Notes: generated by a model from the sequence alone, not told the origin. Counted from the first letter of the stretch, positions 41,807 to 51,792 are shown. The stretch is 64,000 nt of DNA from an uncultured delta proteobacterium (GCA_963761335.1 CAVXGR010000017.1:256001-320000), one strand, 5' to 3'. A program made the numbers and translations.

Positions 41807-42250
41807 TCAGGGGCCCGGTTCCGCCCGCAGCACCCGCACGCGCCACGACGAGAAGCGCCGCACCTGGGCGCGGATGAAGAGCATGCGGAAGGTGTCCGTT
41901 TCTCCGGGGCCAAGGGGTGGGATGTGGAGGTCGGCGCGATTCAGGCGGCCGCTCTCCACTTCGGGCAGGTTCAGGTCCTCGGCGCGGCGGTTGTAGCCGA
42001 CCTCGCTGGCGACGACTTTGCTGCTCTCGTCGAGGAGCTCGAACGCCAGCTTCACATACGCGAGCGGGTGCGCGCCGCGATTCTCCAGCTCGCCGCTGAT
42101 GACGTACCAGGAGTCGGCGTCGCCGCCGGCCAGCGCCGACGGGCTCCAGGGCCCCGCCCAGCGCGCCTGCTGGCGGGTGATGCGGATGTCCACCCGGTCC
42201 GCCGTCGGCGCGGCAGTCGCCAGGATCACCGCGAAGATCATCCGCCACAT
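41807..42250 (-). CDS. Exported hypothetical protein, FxLYD-domain-like
   Basis: Short signal peptide; ISGELEN.G....YV.L.FELLD; L.PGET..F. Confidence 0.65.
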   Translation of the reverse strand: MWRMIFAVILATAAPTADRVDIRITRQQARWAGPWSPSALAGGDADSWYVISGELENRGAHPLAYVKLAFELLDESSKVVASEVGYNRRAEDLNLPEVESGRLNRADLHIPPLGPGETDTFRMLFIRAQVRRFSSWRVRVLRAEPGP

Positions 42251-42413
42251 GTCGCCGCCAGCCTGTGTCGATCGTCGACGCGGCGCAAGGGCTCGCTGCG
42301 CGGACGGTTTCCGGCCGCGTGGGAGCGCGGCCGTCCCGGCCGCAGAACAGCCCCCCAAGAGCCGGAGGCGGCCAAGCTGGCCGCGCTCCTGTTCCCTGGT
42401 GTACTCTTCGCGC

Positions 42414-42995
42414 ATGCGAGTGATCTCCGGTGAGGCCCGCGGCCGGCGGCTGCGCGCTCCCAAGGGGAGAGGGGTGCGGCCGACGGCGTCGAAGGTGAAG
42501 GGAGCGATCTTCAACATTCTCGTTAGCCGCTTCGATCTGGTCGACGTCGAGGTCCTCGATCTCTTTGCCGGTGCCGGCGCGCTCGGCATCGAGGCTCTGA
42601 GCCGCGGCGCTCGCCGCGCCACCTTCGTCGAGGGCGGCGCCACGGCGGCCCGGGTGCTGCGCGACAATCTGCGGCAGTGCGGCTTCGCCGAGCGCTCCGC
42701 CGTCGTACAGGCGACCGTGCCCGTGGCGCTGCGGCGTCTGGCCGCCGACGGGCGGCGCTTCGACGGCGTCCTCCTCGACCCTCCCTACCGGCAGGGATGG
42801 GTGACGAGAGCGCTGCGCGCCCTGGCCGACGGGGAGCTGGTGCGTCCCAGCGGCTGGGTGATCGTCGAGCACGCCGACGACGAGGAAGTGGCACCGGCGT
42901 ATGGCCGTCTCCGGTTGACGCAGACTCGGCGCTATGGGAAGACGGCGCTTTCGATTCTCCAGGTCAATGGCGAAGACGCAGCGGCGAGCCCCTGA
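42414..42995 (+). CDS. rsmD: 16S rRNA (guanine966-N2)-methyltransferase
   Basis: MRVISG..RGR.L, RPT, LDLFAGAGALGIEALSRGA, DPPY. Confidence 0.94.
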   Translation: MRVISGEARGRRLRAPKGRGVRPTASKVKGAIFNILVSRFDLVDVEVLDLFAGAGALGIEALSRGARRATFVEGGATAARVLRDNLRQCGFAERSAVVQATVPVALRRLAADGRRFDGVLLDPPYRQGWVTRALRALADGELVRPSGWVIVEHADDEEVAPAYGRLRLTQTRRYGKTALSILQVNGEDAAASP

Positions 42996-43503
42996 GAGGG
43001 CAACGAACACGGCAGTCTATGCCGGCTCCTTCGACCCGGTCACCAACGGCCATCTGGACATCATCGAGAGATCCCTGGTGGCCTTCGATCGCGTCATCGT
43101 GGCCGTGGCCATGCGCACCTCCGATCCGGGGAAGCAGTCGGGCATGTTCAGCGGCGCCGAGCGGGTCGACATGATCCGCGCCGCCACGACCGACCTGAAG
43201 CAGCGCGTCGAGGTGGACAGCTTCACCGGCCTGCTGGTCGACTACTGCGAGCGCCGCGCCGCCAACGCCATCATTCGCGGCCTGCGAGCGGTGGCCGATT
43301 TCGAGTACGAGTTCCAGATGGCGATGATGAATCGCCACATGAGGCCGCAGATCGAGACCTTCTTCCTGGCGACCGGCTCGGCCCACTTCTACACGAGCTC
43401 GCGCCTGGTGAAGGAGGTCGCCAGCCTGGGTGGCGACACCCGTGGACTGGTTCCCGACGTCGTCTACCGCCGGCTGATGAAGAAAGTCGGTCGCAAGCCG
43501 TAG
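42967..43503 (+). CDS. coaD: Phosphopantetheine adenylyltransferase
   Basis: GSFDPVTNGHLDII, IIRGLRAVADFEYE, SS.LVKEV. Confidence 0.96.
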   Translation: MAKTQRRAPERATNTAVYAGSFDPVTNGHLDIIERSLVAFDRVIVAVAMRTSDPGKQSGMFSGAERVDMIRAATTDLKQRVEVDSFTGLLVDYCERRAANAIIRGLRAVADFEYEFQMAMMNRHMRPQIETFFLATGSAHFYTSSRLVKEVASLGGDTRGLVPDVVYRRLMKKVGRKP

Positions 43504-43612
43504 CCCCCTTCTTCGCGCTCCACGGACGTCGAACCGCTGCAACGGGGGCGGCTGGGATTGGCGCCGGCATGCGGCTATCATTCCGCGGTCTCCTTCGCTA
43601 CATCTCGGAGAG

Positions 43613-44809
43613 ATGAAGATGAGTCGTCGCATCAGCCAGATCAAACCGTCCGCCACCATGGCGGTCACCGAGAAGTCAGCAGCGCTGCGGGCACAGGGAG
43701 TCGACGTCATCGACTTCGGCGCCGGCGAGCCGGATTTCGACACGCCGGCGCACATCAAACGCGCCGCCGTCGAGGCTCTGGACAAGGGAGCGACCAAGTA
43801 TACGCCCGTGGGCGGCACCGCCGTCCTCAAGCAGGCGATCGTCGCCAAGCTGCACCGCGACAACAGTCTCGAGTACAGCGCCCCGGAGGTGATCGCCAGC
43901 TGCGGCGGCAAGCACTCTCTCTACCTGGCCTTCCAGGTGTGCTTCGACGACGGCGACGAGGTGCTGATTCCAGCGCCGTTCTGGGTGAGCTACCCGGACA
44001 TGCTGGCGATGGCCGGAGCGCCGGCTCGGATTCTGACGACCCGTGAGGAGGACGGTTTCAAGCTCGGCCCCGAGCAGCTGCGCGCCGCCATCGGCGAGCG
44101 CACCCGCGCCTTGGTGCTCAACAGCCCCAGCAACCCCGCCGGAGTTGCCTACGACGAGCGCGAGCTGGAGGCGCTGGCGCGGGTTCTGGTCGAGTCCAAG
44201 CTGATGCTGATCACCGACGACGTCTACGAGATGATGTCGTACGACGGCAAGCGGCCGCGGCACATCCTGCAGATGGTTCCCGAGCTGCGCGAGCGGACCC
44301 TGGTGATCAACTCGGTGTCGAAGACCTACGCGATGACCGGCTGGCGGCTCGGCTACACCGCCGGTCCCCGCGAGGTGATCGCCGGCATGGGCAAGCTGCA
44401 GGGACAGATGACCTCGAACCCCAGCGCCGTGGCCCAGGCCGCCGCCGCCGCCGCACTCGGCGGGCCGCAGGACTGCGTGGCCCCGATGATGGCCGAGTTC
44501 AAGCGCCGCCGCGACTTCATCGTCGAACGGCTCAACCGCATTCCCGGGGTGCGCTGTCTCAAGCCCCAGGGCGCCTTCTACGTGTTCCCCAATATCGGTG
44601 CCCACCTGGGGCAGAGCTGGGAGCGCGGCGCGCTCCGCAACGGCGATGATCTGGCCCTCTATCTTCTCGAGAAGGCGCACACCGCTGTCGTCGGCGGCAC
44701 CGACTTCGGCTACCCGGAGCACATCCGCATCTCCTACGCCAACTCGATGGAGAACCTGGCGCGCGGTGCCGCCGCCATCGAGGCCGCTCTCGGCCGCCTC
44801 GGCGGCTGA
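43613..44809 (+). CDS. aspC: Class I/II PLP aminotransferase (aspartate aminotransferase)
   Basis: GEPDFDTP, NSPSNP.G, DDVY, SKTYAMTGWRLG. Confidence 0.9.
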   Translation: MKMSRRISQIKPSATMAVTEKSAALRAQGVDVIDFGAGEPDFDTPAHIKRAAVEALDKGATKYTPVGGTAVLKQAIVAKLHRDNSLEYSAPEVIASCGGKHSLYLAFQVCFDDGDEVLIPAPFWVSYPDMLAMAGAPARILTTREEDGFKLGPEQLRAAIGERTRALVLNSPSNPAGVAYDERELEALARVLVESKLMLITDDVYEMMSYDGKRPRHILQMVPELRERTLVINSVSKTYAMTGWRLGYTAGPREVIAGMGKLQGQMTSNPSAVAQAAAAAALGGPQDCVAPMMAEFKRRRDFIVERLNRIPGVRCLKPQGAFYVFPNIGAHLGQSWERGALRNGDDLALYLLEKAHTAVVGGTDFGYPEHIRISYANSMENLARGAAAIEAALGRLGG

Positions 44810-44908
44810 GGAAAACCGGAGGGCGCAGGCCATGCCTGCGCCCTGGGTTGTCGCCCCGCAGGGGCGCGGGCGTGTAGCCCGGGTGCAAGAGGCTGTCTCA
44901 AAACTAGT

Positions 44909-44958
44909 GTCGAAGCGCCGTCCCGGCGCTTTCCGAAGCGGCGAGACGCCGCTTCTAC
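44909..44958. repeat. GTAG-type REP doublet, copy 2
   Basis: GTCG-AAGCGCCGTCCCGGCGCTT-TCCG-AAGCGGCGAGACGCCGCTT-CTAC. Confidence 0.85.
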
Positions 44959-45035
44959 TTTGCCGGCGGAGTCGTTTTGCCCGGGCCGGCGCCCGCTGCT
45001 GACCCGCCTTGTGCCCGTGTGCTAGGATGCCGCCG

Positions 45036-45698
45036 ATGAAATACTACCCGATCTTCATGCGCCTCGAGGGGCGGCCCTGCGCCGTCCTCGGCGGCGGCGA
45101 GGTGGCGGAGCGCAAGGTCGAGGGCCTGCTCGATGCCGAGGCGCGGGTGACGGTGATCAGCCCGTCGCTAACCGGGGAGCTGGAGCGCCTGGCGCGCGAC
45201 GGTCGCATCGAGCACGTGGCGCGGGAGTACTGTCGCGGCGACCTGCGCCCGTTCTGCCTCGCCTTTGCCGCCACCGACGACGAGACCGTCAACGCGGAGG
45301 CGACCCAGGAGGCCGCCGAAACGGGGACCCTGCTCAACGTCGTCGATCGGCCGGCGCGCTGCTCCTTCATTTCGCCGGCCGTCGTGCAGCGCGGCGAGAT
45401 GATGATCGCGGTCTCCACCAGCGGCGCCAGCCCGTTGCTCTCTCGCCGCATCCGCGAGCGTCTCGAGGCCGAGTTCGGGCCGGAGTACGCCGACCTTCTC
45501 CGCCTCCTGCGCGCCGTGCGCCACCGCTTGGCGGCCAGCGGTCTCCGCGGCGAGAAGCGGCGGCGACTGCTGTCGGCGGTGATCGACTCCCCCGTGCTTG
45601 CCCACGTGCGCGAGCGCAACTGGGCGGCGGTGAACCGCCTGCTGGTCGACACCGTGGGCCCCGACTGCACCCTCGAGAACATCGGCTTGGCGGACTGA
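45036..45698 (+). CDS. Precorrin-2 dehydrogenase/sirohydrochlorin ferrochelatase (SirC/Met8/CysG N-terminal)
   Basis: YYPIF, GGG.VA.RK, ATDD, NVVD.P..C.F, STSG.SP. Confidence 0.9.
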   Translation: MKYYPIFMRLEGRPCAVLGGGEVAERKVEGLLDAEARVTVISPSLTGELERLARDGRIEHVAREYCRGDLRPFCLAFAATDDETVNAEATQEAAETGTLLNVVDRPARCSFISPAVVQRGEMMIAVSTSGASPLLSRRIRERLEAEFGPEYADLLRLLRAVRHRLAASGLRGEKRRRLLSAVIDSPVLAHVRERNWAAVNRLLVDTVGPDCTLENIGLAD

Positions 45699-45701
45699 GC
45701 G

Positions 45702-46529
45702 ATGGATCTACCGCTGCTGATCGCCACCCTCATCCTCTACATTCTCGCTACGGCCGCCTTCGTCGGGCACTTGCTGTCCTCGAGCGAGAAGCTGCGCCGG
45801 GTCGCCTTCTGGATTCTCGGCGCCGGCTTCGCCGTCGATACGCTCGCCCTGGTGGTCCGCTCGGTGGAGGGCGGCTACGTCGCCGTGACCTCGTTCTACG
45901 AAGCCGTCTCGCTGCTCGCCTGGGTGATGGTCGGCGCCTACCTGCTGGTCCAGGCGCGCTCGCGACACCAGCTCGCGGCCCTCGGCGCCTTCGTGGCGCC
46001 GCTGGCCTTTCTCTTCACCCTCTCGGCGTACGTCTTCTACTCGGGGCAGCGGAACTTCTCGGCGCGCCTACAGACCGTCTGGCTGCCGGCGCACATCGCG
46101 CCGGTGGTTCTCGGCTACGCCATTCTCGCCGTCTCCTTCTGTGTCAGCCTCGCCTATCTCCTCCAGGAGAAGCAGCTCAAGGCGAAGCGCCGTGGAGGGC
46201 TCTTCCGCCACCTGCCGTCGCTCGAGGCCCTCGACGAGCTCAACCGCCAGTTCGTCACCTGGGGGTTCTCGCTGTTCACCGTCGGCATCCTCACCGGTGC
46301 GGTTCTCGCCAAGACGCTGTGGGGGGAGTTCTGGTCCTGGGAGCCGCTCCAGGTGTGGTCGGCAATCACCTGGGCGCTCTACGCGCTGCTTCTGCAGACA
46401 CGCGCCGCGGGCTGGCGCGGGCGCAAGGCGGCGACCCTGACCATCGTGGGCTTCGCCGTTCTGCTGCTGTCCTTCTTCAGCGTCAGCATCATGTTCCCCG
46501 GGAGGCACGGCGGCGGACACTTCGGCTGA
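45702..46529 (+). CDS. Cytochrome c assembly protein CcsA/HemX-like membrane protein
   Basis: About 8 TM segments, LPSLE.LD, W..FWSWEP tryptophan-rich motif; upstream of hemA. Confidence 0.85.
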   Translation: MDLPLLIATLILYILATAAFVGHLLSSSEKLRRVAFWILGAGFAVDTLALVVRSVEGGYVAVTSFYEAVSLLAWVMVGAYLLVQARSRHQLAALGAFVAPLAFLFTLSAYVFYSGQRNFSARLQTVWLPAHIAPVVLGYAILAVSFCVSLAYLLQEKQLKAKRRGGLFRHLPSLEALDELNRQFVTWGFSLFTVGILTGAVLAKTLWGEFWSWEPLQVWSAITWALYALLLQTRAAGWRGRKAATLTIVGFAVLLLSFFSVSIMFPGRHGGGHFG

Positions 46530-47815
46530 TGCAGCGAGAGATCCTCATCGTCGGCCTGAGCCACCACACCGCTCCGGTCGAGGTGCGCGAGCAGTTCGCG
46601 GTCAGTGACGGCGAGCTCGACGACGCTTATCGCCGCCTCCTCTCGCTGCCGGCGGTGGAGGAGGGGGTCCTGCTCTCCACCTGCAACCGCGTCGAGGTGG
46701 TCTCCATCGCTTCGGACGCCGACAGCGCCGTGGCGCAGATCCGCGCCTTTCTGTGCGAGAGTCCCAGCGGCGAGGTGACCAAGCTCGAGGGGGATCACCT
46801 CTACGAGCACCGCGGCCGCGAGGCGGTGCGCCACGTCTTTCGGGTGGCGGCGAGCCTCGACTCGATGGTGGTCGGCGAGCCGCAGATCCTCGGGCAGATC
46901 AAGGACTCGTACACGCGCGCCTCGACGGTGGGGGCGACCGGAACGATCCTGCACCGCTGCTTCCACAAGGCGTTCTCGGTCGCCAAGCGGGTGCGCGCCG
47001 AGACCACCATCGCCAGCCGCGCCGTCTCGGTGAGCTCGGCGGCCGTCGACCTGGCGCGCAAGATCTTCGACCGGCTGGAGGACAAGGCGGCGATGCTCAT
47101 CGGCGCCGGGCGCATGAGCGAGCTGGCGGCGCGGCATCTCCTCGGGCACGGCGTCGGCGAGATGATCGTCACCAACCGGACCTTCGACCGCGCCGTCGAG
47201 CTGGCGCGCGAGTTCGGCGGCACGCCCGTCCCCTTCGAGCACTTCTCCAAGCACCTGATTCTCTCCGATATCGTCATCGGCTCGACGGCTTCTCCCGAGT
47301 ACGTGGTGACCCGGGCGATGGTCGCCGAGGTGCTGCGCGAGCGCAATCAGCGGCCGATGTTCTTCATCGACCTGAGCGTGCCCCGCAACTTCGACCCGCA
47401 GCTCAACGAGATGGACAACGTCTATCTCTACGACGTCGACGACCTCGAGGGGGTCATCGAGGGCAACCTCGGGGAGCGCGCGCGCGAGGCGGAAAAGGCG
47501 GAGGCCATGGTGGCCGAGGAGGTCGAGTCGTTCGTCGACTGGCTGGGCGCGCTCGACGTGGTGCCGACGATCGTCGCCCTGCGCGAGAAGATCGAGAGCA
47601 TCCGCCGCGGCGAGCTGGAGAAGACGCTGTCGTCGCTGCGCAACTTGGGAGAGAAGGAGCGCCAGGCGCTCGACGCCATGACCGCGGCGATCGTCAAGAA
47701 GATCCTGCACACGCCGATCGCCAAGCTCAAGCAACGGGGACATTCCCGCGCCGAGACGTATTACGTCGATGCCGCCCGCCGTCTCTTCGATCTCGGCGAT
47801 CCGGAGGACGAGTGA
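46529..47815 (+). CDS. hemA: Glutamyl-tRNA reductase
   Basis: STCNRVE, SLDSMVVGEPQILGQ, IGAG.M, DLSVPR. Confidence 0.96.
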   Translation: MQREILIVGLSHHTAPVEVREQFAVSDGELDDAYRRLLSLPAVEEGVLLSTCNRVEVVSIASDADSAVAQIRAFLCESPSGEVTKLEGDHLYEHRGREAVRHVFRVAASLDSMVVGEPQILGQIKDSYTRASTVGATGTILHRCFHKAFSVAKRVRAETTIASRAVSVSSAAVDLARKIFDRLEDKAAMLIGAGRMSELAARHLLGHGVGEMIVTNRTFDRAVELAREFGGTPVPFEHFSKHLILSDIVIGSTASPEYVVTRAMVAEVLRERNQRPMFFIDLSVPRNFDPQLNEMDNVYLYDVDDLEGVIEGNLGERAREAEKAEAMVAEEVESFVDWLGALDVVPTIVALREKIESIRRGELEKTLSSLRNLGEKERQALDAMTAAIVKKILHTPIAKLKQRGHSRAETYYVDAARRLFDLGDPEDE

Positions 47816-48735
47816 AGACGCGGCTGCGGATCGGCACCCGCGGCAGCGCCCTGGCGCTGGCGCAGTCGCGGCACGTGCTCGCCGCCATCGAGGCGATGAA
47901 TCCCGGGGTGGCGGCGGAGCTGGTGACCATCAGGACCTCGGGCGACCGCATCGCCGACCGTCCGCTCGCTGAGGTCGGCGGCAAGGGGCTCTTCGTCAAG
48001 GAGATCGAGGAGGCGCTTCTCGAGAATCGCATCGACGCCGCCGTGCACTCGATGAAGGACCTGCCGGCCGAGCTCGCCGCCGGCCTGCTGGTCGCCGCGG
48101 TGCCGCCGCGGGAGAACCCCGGCGATGTCCTCATCGCCGCCCCGCGCTGCCGTCTCGACGACCTGCCGGCCGGGGCAGTCGTCGGTACCAGCAGCCTGCG
48201 GCGCGCGGCGCTGCTGCGGCTCTTGCGGCCGGAGATCGAGGTGGTGCCGCTGCGCGGCAACGTCGATACGCGGCTGCGCAAGCTGCGCGAAGGGCAGCTC
48301 CAGGCGATCGTTCTCGCCGCCGCCGGGCTGAGGCGACTGGGCCTCGAGGTTCCCGAAGCCGTGCCGCTCGATCCGACGGAGTTCCTGCCGGCAATCGGTC
48401 AGGGCGCCCTGGCAATCGAGACGCGCGCCGATTGGGCCCGGGACCTGCTGGCGCCGCTCGATGACGCCGACGCGCGTGCGGCCGTGGACGCCGAGCGCGG
48501 CTTCATGCGCCGCGCCGAGGGAAGCTGCGTGACCCCGATGGCGGCGCACGCCTCGGTCGGTGCGGAGGAGGTGACCCTGCGCGCCGTCATTCTGAGCGAG
48601 GATGGCAGCCGTGCCGTGCGCGGCCAGCGCCGCGGTCCGCGGGCGGGGGCGGCACAGCTCGGCGCCGAGCTGGCGGCCGAGCTCCTCGACGCCGGCGGCG
48701 CCGATATCCTGAGTCGCCTGCGAGGGTCGCGGTGA
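47812..48735 (+). CDS. hemC: Hydroxymethylbilane synthase
   Basis: GTRGS.LA..Q, GGKGLFVKE, AVHSMKD, GTSSLRR, RGNVDTRL, SC..P. Confidence 0.96.
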   Translation: MKTRLRIGTRGSALALAQSRHVLAAIEAMNPGVAAELVTIRTSGDRIADRPLAEVGGKGLFVKEIEEALLENRIDAAVHSMKDLPAELAAGLLVAAVPPRENPGDVLIAAPRCRLDDLPAGAVVGTSSLRRAALLRLLRPEIEVVPLRGNVDTRLRKLREGQLQAIVLAAAGLRRLGLEVPEAVPLDPTEFLPAIGQGALAIETRADWARDLLAPLDDADARAAVDAERGFMRRAEGSCVTPMAAHASVGAEEVTLRAVILSEDGSRAVRGQRRGPRAGAAQLGAELAAELLDAGGADILSRLRGSR

Positions 48736-50255
48736 GCGGTCGCGTCTTTCTCGTCGGTGCGGGCCCCGGAGACCCGGGTCTGCTGACGATCAAGGGGCAG
48801 CGCTGCCTCGCTGCCGCCGACGTCGTGATCTACGATTATCTCGCCGACAGCTCTCTGCTGCGCTTCGCGCCGCCGGCGGCGGAGCGCATCTGTGTCGGCA
48901 AGCACGGCGGCGGCAAGCGCACCGGCCAGGAGGAGATCAATACGTTGCTGGTCGACCGCGCCCGACAGGGCAAGACGGTGGTGCGCCTCAAGGGCGGCGA
49001 TCCGTTCATCTTCGGCCGCGGCGCCGAGGAGGCGGAGGAGCTGGCGCGCTCCGGCATCGAGTTCGAGGTCGTCCCCGGTGTGACCTCCGGGACCGCGGTG
49101 CCTGCCTACGCCGGCATTCCCCTTACGCACCGCGAGTACTCTTCCAGCGTCGCTTTCCTGGCGGGCTACGAGTACCCGGACAAGGCGGAGCTGGCGGTGC
49201 CCTGGCGCGAGCTGGCGCGCAGCTTCGAGACCCTGGTGCTGTTCATGACCACACGGCAGCTGCGCAGCAACATGGAGCGCCTGATCGCCGCCGGGCTCGA
49301 CCCGCAGACCCCGGCGGCGGTGATCCGCTGGGGGACCAAGGCGCGGCAGGAGACGATCGTGGGAACCGTCGCCACCATTGCCGTGCAGGCCGAAGAGCGG
49401 CGCCTGCGGCCGCCGGCGCTCGCCGTGGTCGGGCAGGTGGTGCGCCTGCGCGAGCGCATCCAGTGGTTCGAGCGCAAGCCGCTCTCCGGGCGACGCATCG
49501 TCGTCACCCGCCCGCGCCAACAGGCGGCGCGATTCGCCGAGCTGCTCGAGGATCTGGGCGCGGAGGTCCTCTGCTTTCCGACCGTCGAGCTGCGGCCGCC
49601 GGAGTCGTGGCAGCCTCTCGACCAGGCGATTGCCGCGATCGAGAGCTTCGACTGGATCGTGTTCACCAGTGTCAACGGGGTCGCCGCTTTCCTGGAGCGC
49701 TTCGACCTCGCCCGGCGCGACCTTCGCGACCTCAAGGGCATCCACCTGGCAGCCATCGGCCCGGAGACGGCGCGGGCGCTGGAGCACCTGCACCTGCGCG
49801 TCGATGCCGTTCCCGAGGAGTATCGCGCCGAAGGGGTGCTCGAGGCGCTCGGTGAGGTGAGCGGCCGGCGCATTCTCCTGCCGCGGGCCGCCGGAGCGCG
49901 CGACATCCTGCCGCGCGAGCTCGAGCGCCGCGGCGCCGCGGTCGTGGAGACCATCGCCTATCGCGGCGTGCGCCCGGAGGCCGAGGCCGGCGAGCTGCGC
50001 GAGACGCTCGAGGCCGGCGACGTCGACATGGTGACCTTCACCAGCTCCAGCACGGTGCGCAACTTCGCCGAGATGTTCGCGCCCGGCGAGGCTGCGACTC
50101 TGTTGGGGCGCAGCGCCGTCGGTTGCATCGGCCCGATCACCGGCGATACGGCGCGCCAGCTCGGCTTCGCGGTCGCCGTGCAGCCGGCCCGCTACACCAT
50201 CCCCGATTTCGCCGAGGCGATCCGGGAGTACTTCGCTTCGATGCCGCGGCGGTAG
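48732..50255 (+). CDS. cobA: Fused uroporphyrinogen-III C-methyltransferase / synthase (CobA-HemD)
   Basis: VGAGPGDP, RLKGGDPFIFGRG; then VVTRP, FTSVNGV, FTSSSTV, IGP.T. Confidence 0.94.
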   Translation: MSGRVFLVGAGPGDPGLLTIKGQRCLAAADVVIYDYLADSSLLRFAPPAAERICVGKHGGGKRTGQEEINTLLVDRARQGKTVVRLKGGDPFIFGRGAEEAEELARSGIEFEVVPGVTSGTAVPAYAGIPLTHREYSSSVAFLAGYEYPDKAELAVPWRELARSFETLVLFMTTRQLRSNMERLIAAGLDPQTPAAVIRWGTKARQETIVGTVATIAVQAEERRLRPPALAVVGQVVRLRERIQWFERKPLSGRRIVVTRPRQQAARFAELLEDLGAEVLCFPTVELRPPESWQPLDQAIAAIESFDWIVFTSVNGVAAFLERFDLARRDLRDLKGIHLAAIGPETARALEHLHLRVDAVPEEYRAEGVLEALGEVSGRRILLPRAAGARDILPRELERRGAAVVETIAYRGVRPEAEAGELRETLEAGDVDMVTFTSSSTVRNFAEMFAPGEAATLLGRSAVGCIGPITGDTARQLGFAVAVQPARYTIPDFAEAIREYFASMPRR

Positions 50256-50547
50256 GCGGGTTCAGCCGGCGTCATCGGGGAGGACGGCCGGCTACAGAAC
50301 GCAAAGTCGCAAAGCTGGGCTGCCCAGGAACGACAATGTCAGCGGTTCTGCATCTCCGGTCACCGGTTTTTCATTCTCCATTTCTTTCCCGCGGCGATTG
50401 CTAGCTAAGCTAGACTTCCGGCGCATCGCGCTCGTCGATCTCGATCACGAGGCGCGACTCACTGTGGAGCCGCAGCTCGTGATCGCGGCCGCTTCGTACT
50501 GCGACCAGTCTCAAGCACAGAAGCCTTGCATGTCCGCGGAGCCGTAT

Positions 50548-50793
50548 TCAGATCCGGGCTTCTCTCCTCAAGAGATCTATCGCGGCTTCGAGGAGGGTAT
50601 AAGTTCCGCCCGATGGATTTCCATTATATCGGAACCAGCCCTGGTCCGGTCGATAGTAAGGCGACACACGATGAGGCCGACCGTCTGTGACCTCTTGATT
50701 GAGCGGGCATGCGTCCGTCGGCCATCGTAGCGTGCCGTCGTGGCGATAGGCACCTTCCAGGAGATCGAGTAAGATGTCGCGTTGTGCTTTCAT
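50548..50793 (-). CDS. Hypothetical 81-aa protein
   Basis: Strong RBS GGAGG-N5-ATG; lower-GC context; no recognisable motif. Confidence 0.5.
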   Translation of the reverse strand: MKAQRDILLDLLEGAYRHDGTLRWPTDACPLNQEVTDGRPHRVSPYYRPDQGWFRYNGNPSGGTYTLLEAAIDLLRREARI

Positions 50794-50876
50794 AATTTCC
50801 TCCAGTTGGCAGTTTAGCTTACCTGTCAGTTAGGTCTCGTTCCGAAATTGCGCCGTCCCTCAGAACTCCCACCTTG

Positions 50877-51212
50877 TCAAGGGCGGCGCATGCCCAGATG
50901 CAGCAAGATCGCATCTTCCACTGCCTGCAGGTCCTTCGCCGACAGCAACCCAGCTCGGTTCCGGAGTCGCTGCTTGGATGCGGTGGTGATCTGATCGGCC
51001 ATTGCCTTGGCCGGCCTGTCGCCGGCAGCCACCAGGGCCTCTGCCGGATAGATCCGCTCGGTCTTTGAACTCAACGGCACCACCACGACCCTGTTGAGAG
51101 CGGCGTTCGCGGCGTTGTTGCTGACGACGACAGCCGGTCTCGTCTTGCGAATCTCGCCTCCGACCGACGGATCAAACGAGACCCACCACACCTCACCCCT
51201 TCGCGGCTGCAT
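50877..51212 (-). CDS. mazF: Type II TA toxin, PemK/MazF family endoribonuclease
   Basis: RRGEVWWV.FDPSVG.EIRKTRPAVVVSN, VVPLSS, DQITT.SK.RL. Confidence 0.93.
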   Translation of the reverse strand: MQPRRGEVWWVSFDPSVGGEIRKTRPAVVVSNNAANAALNRVVVVPLSSKTERIYPAEALVAAGDRPAKAMADQITTASKQRLRNRAGLLSAKDLQAVEDAILLHLGMRRP

Positions 51213-51585
51213 CGCCGATCAGCGCCTCGCTCCACTCCTCGGCCTCGCGTTCCCGCTCCTCGTCCGCAGCCATCTGACGGTAGCCGGCGGTGATGCTGTT
51301 CGGCGACTTTTCCGCCTCCGCCCGTGCCGCCCGCGCGGTCTCCTCGGCGGCGTAGTCGTCGATCAGGAACCACGTCGCCTGACCGCGGGAAATGGGGTTT
51401 CCCAGGGGCCGTTCGTCACTGCCGTTCCAGCGCGCCGCTACCACCTCGGCGTCGGTGCCGTCATCCTGCTTCCAGAGCAGGATAGCCACGGCCATCTGCT
51501 CCTCTCCTGGGTCGTGGATCACTTCGAGAATGCGCCGAATGCGGTTTCGAGGTGACACGACGGCGGTCGGACTCAGGTAAGCCAT
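51193..51585 (-). CDS. Putative antitoxin with atypical N-terminal domain (start may be 51597)
   Basis: Overlaps the toxin start; acidic C-terminus GYRQMAADEEREREAEEWSE typical of MazF-neutralising tails. Confidence 0.72.
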   Translation of the reverse strand: MAYLSPTAVVSPRNRIRRILEVIHDPGEEQMAVAILLWKQDDGTDAEVVAARWNGSDERPLGNPISRGQATWFLIDDYAAEETARAARAEAEKSPNSITAGYRQMAADEEREREAEEWSEALIGDAAAKG

Positions 51586-51592
51586 GCCCTTG

Positions 51593-51622
51593 TCCATAGC
51601 GCGGGTGACAATTATCTGTCAA
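51593..51622 (-). promoter_or_regulatory. TA promoter/operator: TTGACA -35 overlapping palindrome TGACA-N6-TGTCA (51606-51621)
   Basis: Visible AT-rich palindrome directly upstream of the antitoxin. Confidence 0.6.
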
Positions 51623-51792
51623 GAACTTGTCTTAGTTATTGCAAGAGCTATCTAATTTGCAGCGCCGCGTGCGAACGGAGGGCGTCCGGTCCTGCCGCGC
51701 GAGCTTGAGCGCCGTGGCGCCGCGGTGGTGGAGGCCGGGCGTGTCCCACCCGGCGTGTTGATGCATTCCCGCACCTGATCTAAGAGGGCTCC

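Noticed and set aside
50398..50730. 110-aa plus-strand ORF in the accessory insert
   Set aside because: No RBS or motif, and it overlaps the minus-strand 81-aa ORF, which has a strong RBS.
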